45,174 nucleotides of DNA from a virus. Lineage: Duplodnaviria; Caudoviricetes. The stretch is from positions 1 through 45,174 of the IMG/VR virus record IMGVR_UViG_3300031450_000007; one strand, given 5' to 3'. Every line of letters begins with the position of its first letter. The stretch's first letter is position 1. Below the pieces are notes generated by a model. The model was not told where the DNA came from. It did not search any database and saw nothing but the letters and a program-made list of their open reading frames with translations. This document shows, piece by piece, positions 18,101 to 25,704 of this stretch. Both the position numbers and the translations under genes were made by a program.

Positions 18101-18760
18101 CTCACCACCGGCAGCAGCGGTTTTCGCCCTGACCTCTTGGCGGAACCCCGCCATGTCCAGGTGAGGCTTGACCAGGAACTCGCCAGCGGCAGCGGCCGTC
18201 TTGGCGCGCACCTCCTGACGGAAGCCGACCATGTCAAGCTTCGGCTTGACGAGGAACTCGCTGGCAGCGAGGGCCGTCTTAGCTCTGACTTCCTCCCTAA
18301 AGCCGGCCATGTCCAGCTTGGGGCGTACGAGGAACTCGCTACCCGCCATAGACGTCTTTGCCCGAACCTCTTCCCGGAATCCGATCATGTCGAGCTTGGG
18401 CTTCACGAGGAACTCGCTACCGGCAGCAGCTGTCTTCAGTCGGACTTCCTCCCGGAAACCGGCCATGTCCAGTTTCGGGCGTACGAGAAACTCGCCGCCC
18501 GCTGCCGCAGTCTTGGCCCGCACCTCTTCTCTGAAACCCGCCATGTCAAGCCGAGGCTTGACTAGAAACTCGCGGCTGCTACCCGCCATCTCGACGCGTA
18601 GCTGCTCCCGGAATCCGGCCATGTCCAGGTGGGGCCGGATTCCCGCCGTCCGGGAAACCTCGGCGACGTCAGCCTTGACCTGCGTTTCAAGGTCAGCCCG
18701 GAACCCCGCTAGCTGCGGGCGGATCCTCACGAAGGCCGAAGCCAGCTCGATTCCGGGCAC
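12152..18760 (-). CDS. Tape measure protein: 26-aa repeats, TP901-type core, Trp/Phe 11-aa repeats, NlpC/P60, intein-split lytic transglycosylase
   Basis: GGGAGG RBS plus GTG 18760 (PGIELASAFVRIRP); ANPIMLVV motif; DCSGLV/GHVGIY; ESGGNPNA...GLMQ. Confidence 0.95.
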   Translation of the reverse strand: MPGIELASAFVRIRPQLAGFRADLETQVKADVAEVSRTAGIRPHLDMAGFREQLRVEMAGSSREFLVKPRLDMAGFREEVRAKTAAAGGEFLVRPKLDMAGFREEVRLKTAAAGSEFLVKPKLDMIGFREEVRAKTSMAGSEFLVRPKLDMAGFREEVRAKTALAASEFLVKPKLDMVGFRQEVRAKTAAAAGEFLVKPHLDMAGFRQEVRAKTAAAGGEFLVKPKLDMVGFREEVRAKTALAGGEFLVKPKLEMAGFRERLTAAVMRASAGVEAVIRVTADTAPAKRKVAEVAAETRALGAETGALGRVGAESYSLLGEHAGRLGRYLQVAKLGVLGLGLAFAGAVYEGVKMSADYTREMTKVQALTDSSGENFKKIRVDVLNLSGSTARAPKELADALYFIESGGLRGSRAMDALTMTARAAATGLGNTKDVAQLLVGSMNAYSSTGLTAKAATDMLVAGVTEGHMPVDELARSLGRVQGVAAALHVSFPQVVANIAAMTKTGMSSSQAATSLQSVITALGRMDAPSKMVAGAMKEVGISSASVRKEMQEKGLNATLNDIANRTQAWSKANHGSNAALLQLFPNVRALRDITGTSIAQQEAYNHVLNRVEHATDGVGRANEAFGITQRTLPFRIREVTNAIRNDLTKFGDAMAPVINRIFDWAASVGPGVMRFFRNLREGFQAFLPILGPFVAAFLTPLVAAFTLAARAAGLFAEALAPVGRWLSQYRGWFEPVLVAVGTFVGLMTTWKLVTAAWTVVTRIAAAAQLAFNLVMDANPIMLVVVGIAALAAGMIYAYQHSKTFRDVMDSLGRWFSHAGGDIIQWAKDFGHWMMIGFRDVAGAVGAVGRFFVRMGNDIAGAFNTVLTFAQRIWKDVAGFFERLWHDVSGFTSRLWRDVTGFFERIWRDTAGFAARIWHDVTGFFERIKTDVSNVVTGILDFVDRHWRLLLVLFTGPIGLVIVVVEHFHKQIGAFFTRMWNDVSTFTSRMWADVTGFFHVGTLAVTGIVTSLWRDATLFFRVGWQTVSGLVTRLWRDVTGLFTSGARTTSDTTSGLWRTVTGFFTRMWRDVTGWVSRMWDDITGFFSRGASWVWDNILRPFLNRLVRGWTNTWHDVTGFVSRMWDDVSGFFTRGANWVFDNILRPFWDRLVRGWTNTWHDASRLVSNLWHDVTGFFGHMRDDVVGIFDDLVTKVGHVWDRVKEIVAGPIRWVIDVPYDQGIVPLIHGIGDILHEPGMQHLAPLHFAGGGPIPGNHDRDDVPFYGTPGELVVPKPVVARFGGPDTLMGALGFTGTGGAGGHYAVGGPLLPAGFNLSGANLSGLSGLSNTISNVAHAAPGIAAARQFVTAADAKRIASTNAGGGGILDTIGRGISRLGHDILHPTDLLKDLKHLALGALSAVAAPVVHTIEGAADRGLRGMGEPGRWMGKEVHNIGDALLALLQGKDDAYNAAQAAAAAAAAGGGGFMSQVGNGTDIVNQARKYLGQQYVLGGNPYGGAGTDCSGLVDRVMADLGHRLPGRPLTWDLVKMGQAINYKDALPGDLVFTNYGEGGIPGPGHVGIYEGAGRMIDDPNPSSHVREEAVWETPGAVRRLLVDHLPTVSAAAAVNGNWANVVYQALQMENLPASAAGGVLRLIQSESGGNPNAQNNWDCLTVDDMILTRRGWLKHDEVQVGDETIGYNHATGCSEWTPVRRVIQYADAPLIRMHNSRWSVTSTPNHRWLDLPRVATPVEPLADSCTLCEWPRGVRRTGATMVGGLRIHLAKVHGVKGRSTRSEYRTQPVWATTEQVHSRSRLLLSARADTAGSLDISVSEAALLGWIAGDGHVETRKYGPSMSVAQSKPKMVEKLRRLMAEFPHADYVDDRLTRTGQQPCGPRHQFRLDYRYAQDLLRRAGHPKRDAEVQVLAMNSEQRAAWLEAVIDAEGSVDRRGKVSISQSVGPVLDAITLAVYLSGRRPRACPDRRTNQPENWADTATVRANSPVVTGATLQKEAVGRGDVWCVTTDLGSWTAREGDHVFLTGNSNARAGTPSQGLMQLIPGTFAANHWPGTSWNLRDPLANVAAGINYAVKTYGIGMLMGGGRHDGTGRYVGYDTGGVLHPGMTRAVNLSGKPEAVLTNSQWADIKRLAVGADRAGLPAAMRLPAAGPGTGHGADLHSVVEALHRLADAPQRFGSLQHVEHMHVASGLDYEAELRKSEFRMLAGGF
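12704..13813 (-). mobile_element. Intein (370 aa) with LAGLIDADG homing endonuclease
   Basis: Block A CLTVDDMILTRRG; block B TPNHRW; LLGWIAGDG and LEAVIDAEG; block F DVWCV; terminal TGN followed by Ser; removal restores NNWD-SNARAGTPSQGLMQ. Confidence 0.93.
15150..16330 (-). repeat. Degenerate 11-aa Trp/Phe repeats of the tape measure (WxDVxGFFxRx)
   Basis: Recurrent WRDVTGFF, WHDVSGF and WDDVSGFF units. Confidence 0.85.
17980..18640 (-). repeat. About 9 tandem 78-bp (26-aa) repeats LDMAGFREEVRAKTAAAGGEFLVKPK
   Basis: Nine L[DE]MxGFR units counted in the translation. Confidence 0.92.
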
Positions 18761-18776
18761 GGCTCGCCTCCCAGAG

Positions 18777-19080
18777 TCAGAACTGCTCAAGCAGTGCAGC
18801 TAACGCTGCAAAGTCCGTAACCGCTTCCTCATCAAGCTCGTCCGGTGATGCCAAAGCGTCATCAAGGTCTTCCCTCGCGGTGGACTCTTGGCCGGCGGCG
18901 CGTGCCGCCGTGTCGACCGCGTCCGCCCGGTCAGCGAGCAGCGTGTAGGCGAAGTCGCAGACAGCGGCTCCGCTCATCCGCCGGATTACTTGCGGGCTAT
19001 GGCCTGCCGCGATGAGCCGGCCACGGACTTCGGCCCAGTTTTCGCCGGCCCAGGTGCAGAGGTCTCGGCCGGCTCCGTAG
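18777..19080 (-). CDS. Tail assembly chaperone, frameshift extension (gpT-like)
   Basis: -1 frame relative to upstream chaperone; PYGAGRDLCTWAGENWAEVRGRL...; no clear own start; lies just before tape measure. Confidence 0.6.
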
Positions 19081-19405
19081 GGCGCCCGAGCACGTTCCCG
19101 GCGATGAACTCCATCACCGGCTGCACTTTCCCCAACGTCAGGGGCCCGTTTGGGTCGGCGAGCATGTCCATGAAGTCTTTGGTCTCGTCCCGGGAGATGG
19201 TGGCGCGGAAGAACGGCCCGACCTGCATGAGTCCTTCGCCGTCGTCGTTTTCCCCGGCCTGCGCGGCCTCGTAGAACTTCTGGATGACGCCGAACGGAAC
19301 GTCTTCGGTGGGTCGGCAGGTCCACCGCCGGCCACCGAGGGTGAAGGTGGCCGACGGTTCGCCGATGTCGTCGTCGTCGAAGTCGGCGTGCGGGGTCTTA
19401 GTCAT
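18986..19405 (-). CDS. Tail assembly chaperone (gpG-like)
   Basis: Between tail tube and tape measure; GRPT near the C-terminus; AGGAG RBS. Confidence 0.8.
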   Translation of the reverse strand: MTKTPHADFDDDDIGEPSATFTLGGRRWTCRPTEDVPFGVIQKFYEAAQAGENDDGEGLMQVGPFFRATISRDETKDFMDMLADPNGPLTLGKVQPVMEFIAGNVLGRPTEPAETSAPGPAKTGPKSVAGSSRQAIARK

Positions 19406-19418
19406 TGGTCAGGGGCTC

Positions 19419-20033
19419 CTAGACGCCAGCGAGGCTAGGCGGGTAGATGAGCCGGTACGGCTGGACACCCGGCGGCTTGTCGAGGTTGAACGTGACGGCG
19501 GTGACCCGCTTGGCGTTGCCCTTGCGGGCAGTCATGGCGACGGTGCCGGTCTGGTAGCACTGGCGGGCGATGAGCCGGCCGAACGGGTCGCCGCCAGCTG
19601 CGCCGGTGGTGCCGAGCGCATCCCACCCGATCATGAGGCGGTTGTCGATGTTGACACCCGGTGGCTCCACCCAGATCGAGCCGTCCGGGTTGGTGCCGGT
19701 TGTACCGGGCGCGAGTCCTGCGCCGGTGCCGGGGGTGCCGATACCGGCGTTGATGGCGATGAGGGCGTTACGGGCCGTCGCCTCGGCGAACACCCACGCC
19801 ATCGTCGCGACCATGCCGGTCGTGACGGTGCGCAGCGGGTAGTACTCCTCCTCGACGTCGACGGTGGCGGTCGTCGGGTTCACCGAGAAGGTGGAGCCCT
19901 GCTCGGTGTAGCCGACCTGCGCCCAACCGGTGGGCCATGCTCCGGTGATAGCGGTCGGCTCGGCGGTGCCGAGCGGGGCAACGTAAATCGTCCCCGGCCC
20001 GACCTTGACGTTGCTAGGTGCGTAGACAGGCAT
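19419..20033 (-). CDS. Major tail (tube) protein
   Basis: GPGTIYVAPLGTAEP...W..VGYTEQG motif; position. Confidence 0.88.
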   Translation of the reverse strand: MPVYAPSNVKVGPGTIYVAPLGTAEPTAITGAWPTGWAQVGYTEQGSTFSVNPTTATVDVEEEYYPLRTVTTGMVATMAWVFAEATARNALIAINAGIGTPGTGAGLAPGTTGTNPDGSIWVEPPGVNIDNRLMIGWDALGTTGAAGGDPFGRLIARQCYQTGTVAMTARKGNAKRVTAVTFNLDKPPGVQPYRLIYPPSLAGV

Positions 20034-20081
20034 GTGAAGCTCCGATCAAACGGGGGTGGGGAATGGTGCGGGGTCGGGCGG

Positions 20082-20501
20082 TCAGGCGATGCGACAGGTG
20101 AGGACGAGGTCCCCGACCCGGCGGGGCCAGCCGGTGTCAGGGTCGGGAACGTCGGCCCATGTCGACACCTGGGCGTTGAGGGCGACTGTGTTACCTGCCG
20201 GGTCGAGCAGCAGGCCGGCGGGCATCCGGTGGCAGGCCGATTCGATGGCGGTGGCGAGGGCGCTGACTGCCGGGTAGTCGCCGAGCGTGCCGCCCCACAC
20301 TTCGACGGCGACTCGTACGTCGAGGATGGGGGCGTCGCCGGGTTGTACAGCCCCCCCGGAGCGGTAGATGCGGACCAGCGGGAAAACGGGGGCGTCGGGG
20401 ACGCGGAAGAACACCCGGCCGCCGTGCATCCCTGTCAGGTCGGGGTGGATGCGGAGCCAGGTCCGTAGGGCGGGCATCGCATCGGGGAAGACGGGGGGCA
20501 T
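20082..20501 (-). CDS. Tail terminator (DUF3168-like)
   Basis: Starts MPPVFPDA; VRIYRSGG, VAVEVWG, PDPDTGWPR; position. Confidence 0.75.
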   Translation of the reverse strand: MPPVFPDAMPALRTWLRIHPDLTGMHGGRVFFRVPDAPVFPLVRIYRSGGAVQPGDAPILDVRVAVEVWGGTLGDYPAVSALATAIESACHRMPAGLLLDPAGNTVALNAQVSTWADVPDPDTGWPRRVGDLVLTCRIA

Positions 20502-20884
20502 CAGAACCCGTCGACGCCGATGTCGAGAGCTGGCCGCAGCCAGGGTCGCGGTTCGATCTTCGACGTCCCGAGCTCGAGGAACAGGCCGTAGTCGACGTCG
20601 GTGCCGGTGTCGGCGTAGATGCTTTCGGCGTCGACTCCTGGGCCGCTGCGGACCGAGTCGTGCAGTTTGCCGAGGTCGTAAGCCGGTGCTTCGCCGGGGG
20701 AGCTGGCGACGTGCAGCCGCGACGGGTGACTCTTGCGGTACAGCCGTCCGGTACCGACCCGGTTCAGCAGCGTCTTCGCGGCTGTCTCGACCCCGGCGGC
20801 GCGGAGCTCCAGGTCGCGGTCGACCGGGCCCCTGGGTCCGGTGAGGGCTTCCCACCCTGTCTCGTGCCAGATGAAGTCGCTCAT
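20501..20884 (-). CDS. HK97 gp10-like tail completion protein
   Basis: SSPGEAPAYDLGKLHDS, YGLFLELGTSKIEPRPWLRPAL. Confidence 0.85.
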   Translation of the reverse strand: MSDFIWHETGWEALTGPRGPVDRDLELRAAGVETAAKTLLNRVGTGRLYRKSHPSRLHVASSPGEAPAYDLGKLHDSVRSGPGVDAESIYADTGTDVDYGLFLELGTSKIEPRPWLRPALDIGVDGF

Positions 20885-20886
20885 GC

Positions 20887-21216
20887 TCAGACTCCGGTGA
20901 CTTGTTTGAGGCGGCCGGTGGTGTGCGCGAGACCGAGGCCGCGTCGCTGCCGGGTCCATTCGACGCGGTATGTCTCACCGGTCGTGTCGTCGGTGACTGT
21001 GTCGTCGGACCGCAGGTCGGTCGGGTCGGCGGTCAGTGTGAATGTGACCGTGGTCCGTTCACCGGCGGTCAGTGTCTCCATCCCGGACGGGGAGGAGATC
21101 ACGGCCCGTACGGCAGTGGCGGTGACGGTCGGTGCTGGTGCGGGGTCGTAGCCGTCGCGGGTGGGGTCGGCTGCGACGCGGCGCACCGTGATTGTGGTGA
21201 CCGCGAACGGGATCAT
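20887..21216 (-). CDS. Head closure/stopper protein
   Basis: Size, position, DLRSDDTV..TYRVE pattern. Confidence 0.7.
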   Translation of the reverse strand: MIPFAVTTITVRRVAADPTRDGYDPAPAPTVTATAVRAVISSPSGMETLTAGERTTVTFTLTADPTDLRSDDTVTDDTTGETYRVEWTRQRRGLGLAHTTGRLKQVTGV

Positions 21217-21219
21217 CGG

Positions 21220-21816
21220 CTACCAGCCGAGGACTTGACGGCGGATGTAAGGCCCGAGGTCGGCGACGATGCCCGCGTCGGTGGCCGCTATCGCCGTGAG
21301 GGTGCCGCTGACCGACGTGTCGCCGACGTGGACACTGGTCGCCCCGGCAGGTACGCCGTCGAGGATCACCGGGTGCAGCATGTGCCAGGCGATGCGGGCG
21401 AGGGCGCGGCCGAGGGTGACGGGCAGCGTCGCCGCCGTGTACCCGCCGACGTAGACGACGGTGGTCTGGGGTGGGATGGCGCCGCCGAAGCCAGCGACTG
21501 TGACCATCGGCGCCGTGAACGAGGTGCCGAGGTGGATGCCGGCGCCTTGGATCAGCACTCCGGCGGATACGGGGCTCATGACGCTTACCAGCGGTGTAGC
21601 CGTTGGGTAAACCTTGCCGTCGCGGTAGACCCGCAGCGACTCGCTGTAAGTCGCCTGTCCGAGCGTCCGGTTGCACACGTCTTCGGCGAGGCGGGTCGCG
21701 TCAGCGAGGGCTTGGATGATGTCCGCGTCGGCGCTGGTCGTGTCTTTCGTGACCGTCCGGTAGGTGCCGGGCAGCACCAGCGGTGCAGGTGGCGTTCCGA
21801 CGACGACAGGGGCCAT
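21220..21816 (-). CDS. Head-tail adaptor
   Basis: ATRLAEDVCNRTL, VYVGGY..LP, LGPYIR patterns. Confidence 0.75.
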   Translation of the reverse strand: MAPVVVGTPPAPLVLPGTYRTVTKDTTSADADIIQALADATRLAEDVCNRTLGQATYSESLRVYRDGKVYPTATPLVSVMSPVSAGVLIQGAGIHLGTSFTAPMVTVAGFGGAIPPQTTVVYVGGYTAATLPVTLGRALARIAWHMLHPVILDGVPAGATSVHVGDTSVSGTLTAIAATDAGIVADLGPYIRRQVLGW

Positions 21817-21819
21817 CGG

Positions 21820-22218
21820 CTACCGGCCGCGTGCCGGGCGACGGACGTCGGCCATCGCCGTCGGGGACGCCGGCACGATTAGTTCAGGCGGGTCGGCAGC
21901 GGCCACCTGGGGGAGGTCCGGTGCGGGCGCGGTGGCCTGCTCGACTTCCACGACAGGCGGAGCGTCGACCGGCGCCCCGAGATGCGGCCGGCGTGGGGAG
22001 AACACGTCGTCCTCGGTCAGCAGCAGCTCGTGGTTGGCGGGCAGCGGCATGCCGACGGAGACGACAAGCTGGCGGGTGTGCGGGTCGAACAGCCGCTGCG
22101 TCGCGACCGGCCCGATGAGGACGGTCGGGTCGGCGGGACCAGGGTAGGGCCAGGTCGCGAGGTTCGGCGGGGCGGTGGGGTTGACGCCCGAAGCACCGTC
22201 CTCGTAGTGAATGGGCAT
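21820..22218 (-). CDS. Hypothetical Pro-rich protein (head module)
   Basis: RBS-supported ORF between capsid/HNH and adaptor. Confidence 0.65.
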   Translation of the reverse strand: MPIHYEDGASGVNPTAPPNLATWPYPGPADPTVLIGPVATQRLFDPHTRQLVVSVGMPLPANHELLLTEDDVFSPRRPHLGAPVDAPPVVEVEQATAPAPDLPQVAAADPPELIVPASPTAMADVRRPARGR

Positions 22219-22238
22219 CTCCCCCACCGCCTTCCTTG

Positions 22239-22976
22239 TCAGCCGACCTTGCTCTCGAAAGCCGCGAGCCGGACTTCCAGGTCGCGGTTCTGGGATTCCA
22301 GGTCGTGGATGCGTTGCCGTGCGGCACGCCGACGGAAACTGCCTTCGTCCAGCGTGATCAACGTGTGCTCGCGCGCCGTCTTTACGGCGAGGTTCCCCGG
22401 CTGGTTGTCCGTCTTGATCCCGTTGACGTGGTGTACCTGGTCATCGGGGTCAAGCCGTCGGCCAAGGGTCTGCTCAACTACCCAACGGTGCTCGAACATC
22501 CGGCCGTTGCGGTACGCCGCCGGGTGGTCCGGTTCCCAGATGAGGACGTAACCGTCCTGGTTGATGACAGCCTCACGGCCGTTGTGGAACCGCCCGAGGC
22601 CGTTGCGAACCTGCCCGGCTTCTGAGCACCGCTTGGAGCAGTAGTGCCCGCTGCGGGCGACGGCTTCCCCGTGCTTACGGATAACCGAAGTACCGCAAAC
22701 CAAGCAGATGATGGTGACTCGCCGCCGCCGCTGCCACTCGTCGTAGCACGTCTTCGAGCAGAACCTTCCGACGTTGTTACTCGACAGCGGCCGGAAGGTC
22801 TTGTCGCATAGCTCGCATGCCTTGTCCGGGTGCCGCCGTGGTTTGCTGCCTAGCTTGCTCCGACAGGACTCGGAGCAGAAGAAGCGGCCAGTCCTGTTGC
22901 GATTGATCGTCGCCTGCGAGCGCATTACCGACGCGCCGCATGCTGCACACTCCCGAACCTCTTGCCTGTTCCGCAT
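22239..22976 (-). CDS. HNH homing endonuclease with three N-terminal Cys4 Zn-finger repeats
   Basis: CxxC...[FY]CSxxC three times; EHRWVVEQTLGR, VHHVNGIKTDNQPGNL. Confidence 0.88.
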   Translation of the reverse strand: MRNRQEVRECAACGASVMRSQATINRNRTGRFFCSESCRSKLGSKPRRHPDKACELCDKTFRPLSSNNVGRFCSKTCYDEWQRRRRVTIICLVCGTSVIRKHGEAVARSGHYCSKRCSEAGQVRNGLGRFHNGREAVINQDGYVLIWEPDHPAAYRNGRMFEHRWVVEQTLGRRLDPDDQVHHVNGIKTDNQPGNLAVKTAREHTLITLDEGSFRRRAARQRIHDLESQNRDLEVRLAAFESKVG

Positions 22977-22983
22977 TCCGTTG

Positions 22984-23027
22984 TCCTCTCCCGGTAGCAC
23001 CCTGCTTGCAATGCTACCGGGAGAGGA
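22984..23027 (-). promoter_or_regulatory. Perfect 16-bp inverted repeat covering the HNH RBS (may also act as post-capsid terminator)
   Basis: TCCTCTCCCGGTAGCA (22984-22999) / TGCTACCGGGAGAGGA (23012-23027), 12-nt loop. Confidence 0.8.
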
Positions 23028-23041
23028 ACGCCAGCGCCAGG

Positions 23042-24271
23042 TTAGACCGCTTGATCCACGAAGAGGTCTGGCCTGGGTACTGCTAGCCCGAGCCGCTCTT
23101 CTCCCTGGATTAGTACCTGGTTCAGCACCGGGTAGTTGGCGTGCTGCGGGTACACCTGGACGTTGACCTCTTCACGGTCGAAGATGATCGCGCCCATCCC
23201 GAAGTCGCCGACGAGGCAGCGGCCACGCGGGTAGACGCGGGACCGCTTCACCGGCAACCCCCACACGGTCAGGCTCTGGCCCAACGCGGTGCTGAACGGG
23301 GCGCCGGCGTCGAGGACACCCGAGGTTGAGGCACGACGGGTGAACATCGCCCAGGCATCAAGCGGGTTCATCACGACTGCGTCGGCCTGGCCGTCCGACA
23401 TCTCCACGGTGGCGAGGCCGTTGGCGATCGACAGGACCGGGTCACCGGCTGTTGCCGTACCAGTCTGCACACCCGGCTGGTTGCGGATGCCCAGGATGTC
23501 GGGCCAGACGCCGAGCCCTGCGAGGATCTCGGCGTCTTCGCGGATCTGCACCAGGTATGGCAGCCGCCCGTTGATGTAGTCGATCACGGTGGGTGCGTCG
23601 GCCATCAACTGCTTGGACACGGTGATGTTGCCGGCGAGGACGGTGATGTTCGCGATGGCGCCAGCGAATGCGATGCTGACTTCGGGCTTGACTCCACCTT
23701 CAGGGACGGAGGTGACGCCACCCTCGAGGTTGACCGGGTTCAGCTCCCGCACGTAGGGGATCTGCGCGAGAGTGGTCCGCTGCACGGGGATCAGGTCCCG
23801 CATGAACAGGCGGGTCCGGCGCGGCGCCGGGACGATCGGCTGGGCGACTGGCAGCAGCGTGCTGACGCCGGTACCTGCCACGTTGCCGGGGCCACCGGGG
23901 CCGAACTCGAAGACGGGTGCGCGAATGCCGGCCCTGAGCGTGACGATGGGGCTGGCGCCGGCGGCGCCGCGCTCCATCCAGCTGGCGAACTCGCTGTCCT
24001 CGACGACAAGGTCACCTGCGGAGCGGGTATCGCCGCCCGGGATGTACAGGGTGCCGGCGGTGGGGCCGGTGCGGTCCGCTTCCCGCTCTTGTAGGGCGAG
24101 GGCGATGGTCAGCTCGGTGTCGAGGGTGTTGACCTCGGACACGAGCGTGCGCATGCGGCCGTTGGCGTCGTCGGAGCGCTCACCGGCGGACAGTTCGGTC
24201 AGGTCGCCGCGAAGTTCGCGGAGCCGGCCGCGCAGCTCATCGGGGCTGCGCTCCAGGGTGGGGGTTGTCAT
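23042..24271 (-). CDS. Major capsid protein, HK97 fold, with N-terminal delta domain
   Basis: VPEGGVKP, VSKQLMADA, VVMNPLD, GDF, EERLGLAVPRP; AAAGG RBS before ATG 24271. Confidence 0.95.
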   Translation of the reverse strand: MTTPTLERSPDELRGRLRELRGDLTELSAGERSDDANGRMRTLVSEVNTLDTELTIALALQEREADRTGPTAGTLYIPGGDTRSAGDLVVEDSEFASWMERGAAGASPIVTLRAGIRAPVFEFGPGGPGNVAGTGVSTLLPVAQPIVPAPRRTRLFMRDLIPVQRTTLAQIPYVRELNPVNLEGGVTSVPEGGVKPEVSIAFAGAIANITVLAGNITVSKQLMADAPTVIDYINGRLPYLVQIREDAEILAGLGVWPDILGIRNQPGVQTGTATAGDPVLSIANGLATVEMSDGQADAVVMNPLDAWAMFTRRASTSGVLDAGAPFSTALGQSLTVWGLPVKRSRVYPRGRCLVGDFGMGAIIFDREEVNVQVYPQHANYPVLNQVLIQGEERLGLAVPRPDLFVDQAV

Positions 24272-24351
24272 GGCTGTGCCTTTCGCGTCGTAGGGGGTTG
24301 CCCGACGGCCGGGAGCAATCGGCAGCGACGCGTGGGCGAGGGTGGTGCGGT

Positions 24352-25062
24352 TCAGGAAGTGACGGGAAGCCCGCCGGTGTGCCCGGCGTGGTGATGCCAG
24401 CGCCAGGTGCGTTCGGGTGCGTGGACGAAGCGGTAGCCCGCGTCTAGGAGCCGGATCAAGACGCCCCAGTCTTCGCGGGCCGGGTCCGGCCAGTCGGTGG
24501 TGCCGGGGGTCGGGAACCCGCCGACGGCGCGTAGAGCGGCCGTGCGGACGAGTGTGGTGACGGGTATGAAGTTCCCGGCGGTCCGCAGGTGGTGTTCCTG
24601 CTCGGGGCCGAACGGGACACCGAACGGGCTGACCCATTGCCCGCCGCGGGCGACGGCGAGGGGGTCCCGGTCGTGCGGGGTGACACCCTGTTCGTCGACC
24701 ATCACGAAGTAGGGGTAGACCAGGTCGGCCCCGGTAGCCGCTGCGGTGGACAGGCAGACGTCGAGATGACCTGGCAACAGTTCGTCGTCGTCGTCGAGCC
24801 ACGCAACCCAGTCGGTCGTGACTCGTTCGAGGGCCCGGTTGCGGGTCGGTCCGGCGCCGGTCCGGTCGGGGTCGGATTCCACGACGACGTAATCGGGGCG
24901 GCGGGTCTGCGTATCGATGCTGAGCAGTGCCCGGTCGAGGAGCTGCTCACGGCCTGGGATCGTCGCGATGGCGACAGTGACGGTGGCCGTCTCGGCGGTC
25001 CAGGCGATCGCGTTGAGCCATTGGGTGGCGTCGGCGCGGGACGTGAACGTGGGGGCGGTCAT
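24352..25062 (-). CDS. Glycosyltransferase family 2 (GT-A)
   Basis: AIATIPGR..LDRALLS, TRNRAL, WLDDDD, VGGF, EDW. Confidence 0.9.
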   Translation of the reverse strand: MTAPTFTSRADATQWLNAIAWTAETATVTVAIATIPGREQLLDRALLSIDTQTRRPDYVVVESDPDRTGAGPTRNRALERVTTDWVAWLDDDDELLPGHLDVCLSTAAATGADLVYPYFVMVDEQGVTPHDRDPLAVARGGQWVSPFGVPFGPEQEHHLRTAGNFIPVTTLVRTAALRAVGGFPTPGTTDWPDPAREDWGVLIRLLDAGYRFVHAPERTWRWHHHAGHTGGLPVTS

Positions 25063-25613
25063 CAGAGCGCTTGCGCGAACGCGACGCCGCGGGGGGTCGG
25101 CAGGAAGATCGGGCGGAGCAGACCGCGGGCCGCAAGGGCTTCCACGGCTTCGGCGACTATCCGGTGGTGAGGTGCCGTGTCGTGGAACCCGACGATCGTG
25201 CCGCGGACCAGATGCGGGTACAGGTGCTCGAATTCGGGGCCACGTAGGTGCGTAAGGCTGTCGAAGAAGGCGAACCCGACGGGGCTGTCGGGGGTGTAGT
25301 CCAAGCTGGCCGTCTGCCTGACCTCCACCGGCAGCCCGGCGCATCGTTCCCGTGCTACAGCAACCCGCTGACCGTCGATCTCTAGGCTGACGCACCGGCC
25401 GTGACCGTTGCGGATCAGCGCGGCGCCGATGTGCCGGGTGGTGTAGCCGTAGCAGGTACCGGTCTCGACGACTAGATCGGGTTGCAGGGCACGGACGAAC
25501 GCGCCGACGAGCTCCGACACTTCGCGTTCGGTGCTGTCAGTGTCCGGGGAGTGCCACCATTCGGGGTGGGGGCAACGTTCGGTGGCTGCCGTGAAGGTCG
25601 ACTCGGCGGGCAT
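25062..25613 (-). CDS. Class I SAM-dependent methyltransferase (Methyltransf_24-like)
   Basis: VVETGTCYGYTT, SLEID, FAFFDS, GFHDT. Confidence 0.88.
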   Translation of the reverse strand: MPAESTFTAATERCPHPEWWHSPDTDSTEREVSELVGAFVRALQPDLVVETGTCYGYTTRHIGAALIRNGHGRCVSLEIDGQRVAVARERCAGLPVEVRQTASLDYTPDSPVGFAFFDSLTHLRGPEFEHLYPHLVRGTIVGFHDTAPHHRIVAEAVEALAARGLLRPIFLPTPRGVAFAQAL

Positions 25614-25617
25614 CGGG

Positions 25618-25704
25618 TCAAACCGCCTGGCGGTGCTGGCAGTTGCAGACCTGCGACCCGTCGCAGTCCTCGTGCTCTCGGCGGCGGCAAGGCTGGCAGA
25701 TCAT
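25618..25704 (-). CDS. 28-aa Cys/His miniprotein
   Basis: MICQPCRRREHEDCDGSQVCNCQHRQAV; ATGA overlap with glycosyltransferase stop; GGGAG RBS. Confidence 0.6.
   Translation of the reverse strand: MICQPCRRREHEDCDGSQVCNCQHRQAV

Noticed and set aside
24272-24802. 177-aa N-terminal extension of the capsid ORF (start 24802)
   Set aside because: Arg-rich off-frame overlap with the GT2 gene; RBS supports ATG 24271
25062-25613. DNA methyltransferase (anti-restriction)
   Set aside because: Lacks DPPY/NPPY or PC motifs; resembles small-molecule or sugar O-methyltransferases and sits between GTs
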